This document shows positions 54,745 through 64,000 of a DNA stretch of 64,000 bases, piece by piece (position 1 is the stretch's first letter; each line of letters opens with the position of its first letter). A program made the translations under genes and the position numbers. The notes under the pieces were generated by a model. It saw only the letters and a list, made by a program, of their open reading frames with translations, did no database searches and was not told the origin of the DNA. This stretch comes from Paramoeba atlantica (taxonomy: Eukaryota; Protista; Discosea), in assembly GCA_977017575.1 (NCBI GenBank), contig CDRNVI010000040.1, positions 186,001 to 250,000 of the forward strand, given 5' to 3'.

Positions 54745-55681
54745 TAAACCCCCGCTCACGAAAAGTGACCCCCCTCTTTTTTTTCGTACAAATGTCCGTT
54801 TGAGCTCATTTTTGTTGCATTTTGCAGATCTCAACACAAGGACTTTGCGCGTGCAGAAATGAGACAAAAAGAAACGAATACGCACAATTTAGAGAGGAAT
54901 TACCATTTTGTCACTTTTTCGCCCTTCAATCTTATACACTCCTTAAGTTGAGAATCAAAACTTAATACTGTTTTGTCGATCACTATTTGAGTTAAAGAAG
55001 ACCATGCTTTACATACACATCGGATAAGTGAAGGTTTGTCCGATGGGGTTTGTTCGTCTACCGCCTCTTGGACCATAGACCAGACGTTTTCTATGGGGGA
55101 AAGGTCGGGCGAGTTGGGGGGCCAGTTTCTTAGAACATCACTCATTCAATTCTCAATATACTCTTTGGAGGCACGGGCAGTATGTGCCGTTGCCCCATCC
55201 TGTTGAAATACACTATTAGGGGGGAAATCTACCTGTTTTAATGTTTCTATGTACGTCTCACTTGTAATAGATGTGTCATTGTAGATGTCTCACTTGTAAT
55301 AGATGGTCACAGGACTCAAAGTGTATTCCCCGCTAGATTTTTTTTCGTTCAGATATTTTTTGATTATCCTTCTAGAGACGTTAAAATCACGGGATAATTG
55401 TTTTATCGGAACACCTTCTGCCTGTCTCATCTTCAAAAGAACCTTACCACTATCCGTAAGCCCCCCTTTTGGGAGCCGATATGGTGATTTGGTAATTTTT
55501 GGAAAAAAAAGTTGAAAAACCAATTATGTTTTTTGACTAAATTTTAAAATTTTAAAATGAGCTAAAAACAGCGGGAACGTACAGATCTCGAAATTTTGAA
55601 CGAAAAAGTGATATGATAACCCACCGACGCCCCCCTGTGCTAAAAATAAGGGGGGGTCACTTATTCGTGAGCGGGGGTTTA
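54745..55681 (-). mobile_element. Internally deleted IS630/Tc1/mariner element (DD35E remnant)
   Basis: About 35-bp TIR TAAACCCCCGCTCACGAA..AAGTGACCCCC; HTH fragment 55290-55523; FQQDGATAH..*..WPPNSPDLSPIENVW. Confidence 0.88.
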
Positions 55682-55953
55682 TTACTGTGTTTCTCTTTAC
55701 ACTCCCGTTCACATTTACTGCCCGCAATTGAGTGAGCGGCTCGTGGGAGCTTTTTAACTAATTCCTTCGCGATACGACATGTACGTCCGTTGTGCACCTT
55801 AGAAAAATGCGTTTTCGTTCATTATCTCCATATTAACGCAGCTAGAATATATTTACGTGATTTTTATCCATTTTTCTACGTTCACATTTCGTATTTTTCA
55901 AGATTTTCGCATTTTTTTTGCTATAAAACATTATTTCGTACGCCAATTGACCA

Positions 55954-57119
55954 ATGTATCATCCAGACGATGGTCTAATCCGCCTTCTGAATGGAAAACT
56001 CATGTGTCTTGATGCAGACGGCTATGATGCCCCACAGGTTACACAGAATGAGGTTTCTGACTGCGGGCTGTACGACACCCCGAGAATTACAACATCAGTT
56101 GCAACCCGCGTGAAAAAGGAAATCACCGGTCTGATTGCTGTCGGTGAGCTCTCCGACTACGATAAACCGATTATCACCACTTCAGTCGGAACCCGCGTGG
56201 GGGAGGACAGTATCGATCCAATCCCTGCTTCAGTGGCAAGAGGGTTTGACGTTCACAAGGCTCCGCAACATAACACGCAAAGAAAATATGCAGATGTGAA
56301 AAAAATTCGACGTTTGTCAAGCAAAATCAAACGTTTTGAAACGAAGATAGAAAAAAACTGCAAAAATTTTGCTATTGCGCTAGAGAACCTAGCAACTTTG
56401 CGAGAAGAGAACGTCATTTCAGCCAACACCAAAAAGAAATTAGAAGAGCGAAATAGACTCATAGAAGCAGAGTGTGATTCCAAGGCACTACATGAAAAGC
56501 ATTTTTTCGAGATGATGCTCAGGCAAGACTCGACCTTATTCGACCGTTTGGTTTTCTCTGACGAAACACCAATTTTAGCAGGAGATCTGAGCAAGAAGGC
56601 ATGGCAGCACCCTGACGCTCCCGTCTTTATGGGTCGCACTCATCATCCAACGCAAGTTATGGTGTGGGGAGCTTTTGATAGATTCAGAAATTACACGTAC
56701 CATTGGTGCGCGTTCGAAGAATTTTATTATTCCTACATTGCATCAGGAGGAACAGAAGCCATTCCACCGAACAAGGGCTTGGGAAGTTTATATTACCGCA
56801 AGGAAATATTAGACAAAACTTTTTTGCCATGTCCCAAGACCGTAATTCTGTCCTGGTGGATGATGGAGCCCCTGGGCATCGAGCGAAGGATACGATGCAG
56901 TGGTGGGAAGCTCGCGGGGATCTTACCATGCTACGCTTACTGCAAGCAGAGGAAGATGGGCCTTTTCTTCGTTGGCCAGCGGACTCCCCTGATCTCAACC
57001 CGATAGAGAATCTTTGGGACGCAGTAAAGCGCTTCAAAAATAAGAAGAGGCCACGAACCAGGCAAGAAATTATGTTCCTCTTTATATTTTCACTGTTTTT
57101 GTTCACTTTTTTCCAATAA
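55954..57119 (+). pseudogene. IS630/Tc1-type transposase with DD47E spacing, one frameshift, truncated C-terminus
   Basis: VFSDE, VMVWGAF, LVDDGAPGH, WPADSPDLNPIENLW; frame change at the T6 run 56820-56825. Confidence 0.82.
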
Positions 57120-57137
57120 TAGAGGGTAGAGCGGTAA
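57068..57137 (+). mobile_element. Family H terminal fragment
   Basis: Reverse complement of 34620-34685 (GTTCCTCTTTATATTTTCACTGTTTTTGTTCAC...GAGGGTAGAGCGGTA). Confidence 0.7.
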
Positions 57138-57278
57138 TTTCGCTTCATTTCCATTGAGAAAATGCATGAAAGGATCATTTACTGTATTTGAGCTGAACAG
57201 ATAGTTTGAACAACGGACTGTTTTTTTTTTCAGAAGTACATGTTTTAGTGTTTTTTACTGTTAGAATCGATTTGAATA

Positions 57279-59426
57279 ATGAGACAGACTTGCTCGCGTC
57301 GCCTCCAGGTTGGGCGAGCCGCGTATATAAGCCCCGGAAGGCAATATGAGACTTCATTGGACAGTGAAACACAGGTGAACATTCTCACCGCACTAAAGTC
57401 CACTTCAACATTTGTGGGTCGAAAAGATATTCGTGCTGGCAAGCTTATAGCTCGTGACCGCGCATTAGATTCGCCGTACGTGTCAGAAATGCGAACCTGC
57501 TGTACGCATCGTGTTGATGAAGGGACATGCAGGATTTCGTTGCTTTACAATGTAAACCCGCGTGATACTGTTTTGCAAGAAGGACCGGCGGTTTTCACAC
57601 CTTGGGTCAAACAAGCAGAGTGTAGAGATAACTGTACTTGGCTTCAAAATCCTAGTTTTGTGCTCTGGATTGAGGGACTTCCTTTATCTGTCGTTTTAAA
57701 GTGTCTTCGGACATTAGTTGCTCCATATGAAGCGAGGGTATCTCTTTATGGGGGTTCCTTCCCCTATACTACTTGTTCTGCCCGAGTGGTACAAATTCGG
57801 GGAACGGTTCCCGTACATTGTTTGGCTTGTTTCCAGATGCGAAACGCGTACATATCGGAGCCTTCTAGTAGCGGGAAATGTAGATCAATGACTGAAGAAG
57901 ACACACCACCATACACAGCTCACGTGCTTCTTCGACGCGTACGGCTTGAAAAGGGCGGTTCTCATATTATTGATGAGAAAATGGCGAGGTTGATGAACAG
58001 GGGCTTTATTAACTATTATGGGCTTGCCCGCTTACAATATTTTTATAGCGCTCGCCCGCTTCTACATCGCCGTTGGTCTGATATCCTGCCTCAAATGATT
58101 TTACAGGCTTTTACCTCGCACGATCAAGCTCCCTTGGAGCTGTCACAATATTGTAAAACAAAAAGCACCTCGGACGCCTCAAAACTGCTTTCTGCGATAA
58201 AGCGGATCTCGAAACTTCACTCACCCGCTAACAATAGCTATCAAGATCGAAGCTCCCAATTCCCCCGGCTCCCTTCATGGATCGAGTGCGCCCTGACAGC
58301 TGTAGTGGAGAGTGGAGGCAACCACTTGACAAGCCTGCGACACATTCCAGCCCTGCGGCTGCGAGACTGCATACTTGCGGTTCAGTGCCGCATGTGGAAT
58401 TACCTCGCGGGGCAGAGAGTCCAACGGTATGGCAGCGATCGTGTGGTCGTTGGCGACCTCGTTGTGGATCACGCTTTGCGGAAAGCGTTCTCATGTACAA
58501 CTTTTCCTCGCTATGTGGTGCGACATGTACGGGATGAAGAAGATGCGAAACGGTTTCGTATCTTTGATGTTGTCTTACCCCTACCGTATAACAGTTCTCC
58601 GTTACACGAAACTGACTTTCCGAGATTGGAAGGGGTTAATTCAAAGGCGTATGTGGAGCTTGCACAAAGGTGGGCGGTAGAGAGCTTTTGGAAAATTCCA
58701 GATGATATTGGCGCTCTCTGTGAAATGAAACCTCTTTGGCCAGAGTATCGCCTTGTGGTATCGAGGCCATTGTCTTTAAAGCATCGTCTTATGCTTGATC
58801 CTCTACCCCCTGTATTCTCTGGCCGACGATTACCAAGTCAACTTATTCCAGATGCCGCTAGAATATTAGTGAACGACAGAATAGCATTTGAACTGCGTCA
58901 ACATTCTGCAGACGAAAACAACGATTCGGTAGCACATCAAAAAACGAGAATATTGGATAGATTTCGTGTTAGTAGGTTAGCGAGCATGTCTCCGATGCTG
59001 TCTCCGGTTGTACGAGAACGATTAAAGGAACAGAACATCAGCCTTCCAAATCTACCTTTAGGCGATCCTTTCACTTACAGCAGCGTGAGTCTTGCGCTTG
59101 AAATACAACTACCTTATGACGTTAATCTCACAAGTTGCTTGCGTGAAACCTTTGCATTACTTCCCCCGTCTACAAAAGAGGAGTTGATGTACCAGCGGGA
59201 CGTCGCATCGGCGTACTACAGTAGCGCACCTGATTTTGGAAAAGCATCTTTATACGCCGATGCAGACGGAATGACCAAATTTTATGAAGACGTCGCGCCA
59301 AGTCCTGATAAAAAAGTTGCGGTTCACAAGGACGCGTCAACGAAGTCCTGGATTTGTGAGTTTTGTGGCTCTCCAAACACTTCTATGAGAAGACAATGCG
59401 GGGTGTGTGGCGTGGAACCCTCTTAA
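57279..59426 (+). CDS. TruD/Pus7-like pseudouridine synthase with C-terminal RanBP2-type finger
   Basis: GRKDIRA (catalytic Asp motif), RGFINYYG, AVQCRMWNYL..R, VVVGDLV, IFDVVLPLP; terminal WICEFC..N..RRQCGVC. Confidence 0.75.
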   Translation: MRQTCSRRLQVGRAAYISPGRQYETSLDSETQVNILTALKSTSTFVGRKDIRAGKLIARDRALDSPYVSEMRTCCTHRVDEGTCRISLLYNVNPRDTVLQEGPAVFTPWVKQAECRDNCTWLQNPSFVLWIEGLPLSVVLKCLRTLVAPYEARVSLYGGSFPYTTCSARVVQIRGTVPVHCLACFQMRNAYISEPSSSGKCRSMTEEDTPPYTAHVLLRRVRLEKGGSHIIDEKMARLMNRGFINYYGLARLQYFYSARPLLHRRWSDILPQMILQAFTSHDQAPLELSQYCKTKSTSDASKLLSAIKRISKLHSPANNSYQDRSSQFPRLPSWIECALTAVVESGGNHLTSLRHIPALRLRDCILAVQCRMWNYLAGQRVQRYGSDRVVVGDLVVDHALRKAFSCTTFPRYVVRHVRDEEDAKRFRIFDVVLPLPYNSSPLHETDFPRLEGVNSKAYVELAQRWAVESFWKIPDDIGALCEMKPLWPEYRLVVSRPLSLKHRLMLDPLPPVFSGRRLPSQLIPDAARILVNDRIAFELRQHSADENNDSVAHQKTRILDRFRVSRLASMSPMLSPVVRERLKEQNISLPNLPLGDPFTYSSVSLALEIQLPYDVNLTSCLRETFALLPPSTKEELMYQRDVASAYYSSAPDFGKASLYADADGMTKFYEDVAPSPDKKVAVHKDASTKSWICEFCGSPNTSMRRQCGVCGVEPS

Positions 59427-59732
59427 AAGGGACTAAAAGTCAATTTGGCGTTGTGCTCCATGCGGTTCATAGTCAACTTCGACTAACCAGAATCTACTTT
59501 ATGTATTATTTCATTCTTTCATATTACGCTACTCTATATTTCACTCTTTATCATAAGTTGTGGAATATGCCTTCGACCGGAGCGGTAGTTATACAATCAC
59601 CATTGATTGTCAATGGTTTCTGAAGAATGAAAAAATTACAACGAATGTCCGTACGTGTATACTGATGATCCTTGCTTGTTGTTTTTTCTCTGATATAAAA
59701 CAAGAGTCAAACTTTTACGTGGGTCCTTCGTG

Positions 59733-60965
59733 ATGTACAAAAGCCATCATGCCAGAAAAATTGGTCAACAAAGAAAGAAGGCCTATATTGCAGCCTACAT
59801 GAAAGCGCAGCAGGCCAACAACCAATTCTTCCGTATTGGGGCTGCCTCTATCTTACAACGTTCTCCAGGCGTGACGAAACCCCCCGAGGTCATACGTTTC
59901 GGGGCGTGGCGCCTTCCGCAACGAACAAAGCATCAAATTTGGAGAGCTCGAAGCACACAAAGTCAAGTTGAGCAGAGCGCTATCGATCGGATCCCGGATC
60001 CCACCTATCTGGGCTCTGTACCACATGTATGGGAAATATTGAAAAGCAATGCAACACATGGCGGAGCATCTGATTCGTGTGAGAAACCTGCACAAATGCC
60101 ATCTGAGCTAGAAGGGGTGCGAACTGCGAGAGCGATAAGTGAAACGGTAATACCAACGTATGCCAGTCCGGTTCATCTAGAATTACTACGAACACAGAAA
60201 AGCTGGCTGCGTGCCCTTGATATTTGCGTACACCATTTATGGGTAAATTTAGCGCGAGTTGAGAAAGAGGAAACTCCGGCATCACGCAATTACAGGTCTG
60301 ATGGTACTGGCAAAGCGCTTATTCAATGGAGAAACACGTCAAGGGTAAGAAATATAAGGAATGAATCAAAGAATAAACAAGACCAGCTCGCGGTTGTTGT
60401 TTCATTGTGTCCGAAGGACTGTAAGAAGTCACCATGGATATGCTATCGGATCGCCCGTCACTGTCAGGTACGACCACGGATGGACACGCTTCTTTCACTG
60501 CTTGCCCGAAACGGGGATGATGGAAATTGGAAAACGGCAATGAAGCTGATGACCGACTCACTCCAAGGTCATGACACCAAAGAACATGGAACAACAGATA
60601 GAATTTACAACACAGCTTTCCTACACGATTTAGAGTCCCAATTTGCTCTGTTGATAAATATTGTAGGTACACGAAAGCAAGTTATTCACAAAATTTTAGA
60701 CCACGTAGAGACGTATTTTCCCCAGCTCAGAAGTAGTCCCGCAATCTGGGCCGCCTACATGAAAAGTAAGGTGTGTGGATGGAGAGAGTGCATAGACCTT
60801 TATCTTCATAACTTTCCCAAATATCACGTGAGTTCAGATACCAGACTGTTCAACACCTTATTACAAAGATGTACAAGCGCGGGTGCTCTCGGGGTTGCAA
60901 GATCTGTACTTGAGATTATGGCAACAAAAGGTATTCCTCAGTCGACAACAAATATGCCAGAATAA
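59733..60965 (+). CDS. PPR-like helical repeat protein, probably mitochondrial
   Basis: Basic N-terminus; LFNTLLQRC..AGALGVARSVLEIMATKGI PPR-like unit. Confidence 0.6.
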   Translation: MYKSHHARKIGQQRKKAYIAAYMKAQQANNQFFRIGAASILQRSPGVTKPPEVIRFGAWRLPQRTKHQIWRARSTQSQVEQSAIDRIPDPTYLGSVPHVWEILKSNATHGGASDSCEKPAQMPSELEGVRTARAISETVIPTYASPVHLELLRTQKSWLRALDICVHHLWVNLARVEKEETPASRNYRSDGTGKALIQWRNTSRVRNIRNESKNKQDQLAVVVSLCPKDCKKSPWICYRIARHCQVRPRMDTLLSLLARNGDDGNWKTAMKLMTDSLQGHDTKEHGTTDRIYNTAFLHDLESQFALLINIVGTRKQVIHKILDHVETYFPQLRSSPAIWAAYMKSKVCGWRECIDLYLHNFPKYHVSSDTRLFNTLLQRCTSAGALGVARSVLEIMATKGIPQSTTNMPE

Positions 60966-61093
60966 TGTTTCAGAATTTTAATGAAACTTTCATTAAAATT
61001 CGCTAAAATGCTACTTTCGGATGATATTAACTCTCGGGCCTGCTTGTCAATCGAATACACAACCGTTCTTGAAACTATTGTAACGGCACATTA

Positions 61094-62073
61094 GAGGGTT
61101 GAAACCTGTTAAGTTTTGCCGGGTTTTGCCAAGTTTTGCCTGGTTTTGCCAGGATACCTATTTTTGGGGGCGTCATTTTGGTAGACGTGTCACGGCTTCA
61201 AGAAGGGGTATCTTGCGAAAACAACGGCGTAGAAAGCTAGTATAGGTCCCAAACTCTCAAACTACTATAGGTGAAACGATTTTGAAAAGCTGTTTTTGGT
61301 CAAAAGGGCATATTTTTGTACCAAATAGTTTGTTCAATGAAATTTCTCCCCGACGAGTAGAAGAAAGTTCTTAAACTAACAAAAACTTTTTACCCTTCCT
61401 CATTAATATTGTACAGAAATATTACAAATGCTTGCATTGCGGGATTGCAATCACCTTTCACCTTCGCATGGCGCTGAAGAGTTTTTAAAAATTCTAGTAA
61501 GGAATGTTCATCCCGTAAGTCAATGGTAAGATTTTACTCACTCAAATATATCACACCCTTCGCGGTAGAAGCTCATATTGTTGCATGAAATGTAATTTTA
61601 AAGGTGATGCTAACTTTCTTTTTATAACGGTTCCTTTGTAATGGAGGACTCTAATAAATTATTTAGTCAAATACTACAAAAATCGTTTTCAGTCAGTCGG
61701 AAGAGTTGGTACAAAAATATGCCCTTTTCACCCTGTTTTTTAAGCCATGTTTTTCGCCAAGTTGACTTTTTTCTCAACTTTCTTTTCAGAAAAAAACGAA
61801 CTCGGCGGCCCCGTACTGTTGATACCAGGGGGAGTCGTCCCGGAGTACGGGAGTGGAAAATGTGCGCGAAAACCTCGGCTACCCTTTCTCGGGGTGTTTT
61901 TCGAAAAATAATTTTTTCAAAATTTTCATTTTTTGTGGCGCGAAAATACTTTGCAGCGCACGATGGAGATCAAGTATATTCTTCACTATTTTAGACAAAG
62001 GAGTTTCCTTCGCCACGTCAATGAGGAATATGCGGATTTTGCCAGGTTTTGCCTTTCATATGTTTCAACCCTC
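61094..62073. mobile_element. Tourist/PIF-Harbinger-like MITE, second copy with nested insertion
   Basis: TTA-GAGGGTTGAAAC...GTTTCAACCCTC-TTA; aligns with 48119-48661. Confidence 0.82.
61298..61732. mobile_element. 435-bp MITE with 8-bp target duplication and GG termini (Merlin-like)
   Basis: TIR GGT(C/G)AAAAGGGCATATTTTTGTACCA; CTGTTTTT at 61290-61297 and 61733-61740; absent from the 48-kb copy. Confidence 0.82.
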
Positions 62074-62340
62074 TTAGTCTTGTTACGTTGATGTCGTCAT
62101 ACATGTACAATATAAATTTTTCTTATGTCAGACGATAGAGTTAAGGAGATTGAACACATAGCATTGTAAAAAGTCAAAATTGTATACTCCCCCTCTAATA
62201 ACCAACTACTTTTTGGGATAAGGTGACATACATTTTATGTGTACTTGACCGGGTAGAGTAAGTTAGTGAAGGTGTACAGTATATCATTTACAAGTTCTCC
62301 AGTCTGAATCCCCGTAAAAATATTAGTATAGCGCACATAC

Positions 62341-63576
62341 ATGACCAGTCGTAAGGAATCAGCATTGCGATGGCCAGATTTGCATCAGCAAGCAATATTA
62401 GAGGTACAAACAAAGCTGAGCTATACGTGTGTTAACCATACCGATGCGCAATATTATTCACCAATTCTAAGCGAGAAACTTATATGGGAGATTGCACTCG
62501 AGCGTAACTGGGATAAGTTGTGTGGTTCTGTTATCTGCGCGAACCGAAAAACAAATTTACATCCTTCGAAAGCAATAGATCCGCAAAGATTTTGGTTTTG
62601 TGGTGACACCTGCCTTTCCTGGATGAGAAAGTACGCAGAAGAGTGCTCGAGCCAGAGGTTTGATCCGCATAGAGTTTTTCTATTGCTTAACGCCATTTTT
62701 CCAGCACATTCACTAGATGACCTTGAGAGGGCATACAACAAATATGTATGCACCGCTACAAGCCCAAGATCTCCGAAGACGAAAGCCGACATCTCTGGCA
62801 CTGCGACTCCTAGTCGTTCAAATAAAGTTCTTGCAGAACGTACCAACTCGGAACGTATAGTTGTGAGTTCGCGTAAGACCGGTGGTTCGTTATGGAGTAG
62901 CGAGGCAAATAAAACTCCGATAACTCAAAACGTTTTCAAAGGGCACCGACGCGATGAACGCAACGTCCACCTAATCGATGAGCTACAAAATGCTACTGGT
63001 GCCACTTTGCTCACGGAAGGTATTCACAGCGATATTTTGTTGGGTGAAGAACAGTCAGGTGATATAGATTCTGATGACGATGATAATGTTGGACTTGTCA
63101 GGGAGTCGCTGTATAGCGGTGTTCCGATGCTACACAGTCTCTTGTTATCGTGGATAACTCCCCAAACGCAAGATGTCCTTCGCTCTGAATGTGAGTCGGA
63201 ATATCGTCATCCAATTGGGACCATGAATTCTTATCAGAAACTGGTCGATGAGCGCGTAATTGATTCACTTCATAGTTATGGTTTTGATATACCTCCCAGA
63301 ACACGTCAAAGCATCCGTCAAGTGGTCGAAACTTTTAAAATACATCCTACGTACCTTCGAGAGCTTGGCGAAATTGATGATTCCGGAGAATTCCTGTCCA
63401 CTAATAGTAACGAAGATTTATGGCTTGGCTTAGGATTGGTACTACTATGGAGATTAACAAACAGTCTTAATGGCAACATCAGGGAGAAAATTCAATACGT
63501 ATGGGAAACGCACCTGAAGTTTAAGTCGGAAGAAATTCTGTTTCTAGTTAAGAACTTCGAAGGACAACGCCAATAG
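62341..63576 (+). CDS. Rtr1/RPAP2-like protein
   Basis: EIALERNWDKLCGSVICAN...FWFCGDTC matches the EER..KxCGYPxC..FCSxxC zinc motif from memory. Confidence 0.62.
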   Translation: MTSRKESALRWPDLHQQAILEVQTKLSYTCVNHTDAQYYSPILSEKLIWEIALERNWDKLCGSVICANRKTNLHPSKAIDPQRFWFCGDTCLSWMRKYAEECSSQRFDPHRVFLLLNAIFPAHSLDDLERAYNKYVCTATSPRSPKTKADISGTATPSRSNKVLAERTNSERIVVSSRKTGGSLWSSEANKTPITQNVFKGHRRDERNVHLIDELQNATGATLLTEGIHSDILLGEEQSGDIDSDDDDNVGLVRESLYSGVPMLHSLLLSWITPQTQDVLRSECESEYRHPIGTMNSYQKLVDERVIDSLHSYGFDIPPRTRQSIRQVVETFKIHPTYLRELGEIDDSGEFLSTNSNEDLWLGLGLVLLWRLTNSLNGNIREKIQYVWETHLKFKSEEILFLVKNFEGQRQ

Positions 63577-64000
63577 TGCAGAAGAATCGTTTCTTCTCTT
63601 TATTCTCGTATCGTAGTGTGAGGTGAAAAACAGGTGTATTGTAGCGAGTGCGAAACAGTTAGAGTTACCTCTAATAGTTAGTTAAGAATTGTAGGAAATA
63701 TAGGACTGAAAAAGTGCATCCCTAGAACTATGAAAATATGAAATCTCAAATTCTAGAATAGTGACCAAAATTCTGAATTTGAATTTCAAGATCGAATGTA
63801 GACCTTATTTACACATAAAACGTTTTTTTGAAGTGTGAACGCATCTTTAAGGAAAGATATTTATAGCATAAGATGTCACGCTTTCGAAAGAAGCGTAATC
63901 GGCCCAACGTTTGGCATGAATCTCAATCCATTAACAATAATGTCAACGAAAACTTTGAAACGTTTTACAGAGCGACGCTACCCTGGGCAGAGGCACAACA

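Overview
Eukaryotic, very probably kinetoplastid, chromosome segment. About 20 intronless host genes all lie on the + strand, as expected for a polycistronic cluster. They encode a 20-finger RanBP2 zinc-finger protein, an LRR protein, MYG1, La, TTC4/CNS1, a malonyl transacylase-like protein, kinesin, a Pol I-type exonuclease protein, AlaX, PFDN4, GAR1, a SOD-like protein, phosphomevalonate kinase, an FHA kinase, ALDH3, a TruD-like protein, PPR-like proteins and an RPAP2-like protein. A 19-kb island of nested transposon debris (about 16.9-35.8 kb) and smaller TE clusters interrupt the genes. The main discovery is two divergent copies of a non-LTR retroelement family (17.4-19.4 kb, truncated; 23.1-30.1 kb, full length but decayed, with a CRE/SLACS-like RT and restriction-like endonuclease). 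Both begin with an identical kinetoplastid spliced-leader-like sequence fused directly to the 5' UTR, both sit outside any SL gene, and both share a zinc finger / ubiquitin-like / 2A-like (CNLRRGCIEANPGP) N-terminal module under clear purifying selection. Other signals are two intragenic GC-rich islands with a C-to-G skew inversion, a hairpin-capped repeat family, a DD47E IS630/Tc1 transposase and many DNA-transposon MITEs. All family assignments come from motif recognition by eye; no searches were run.
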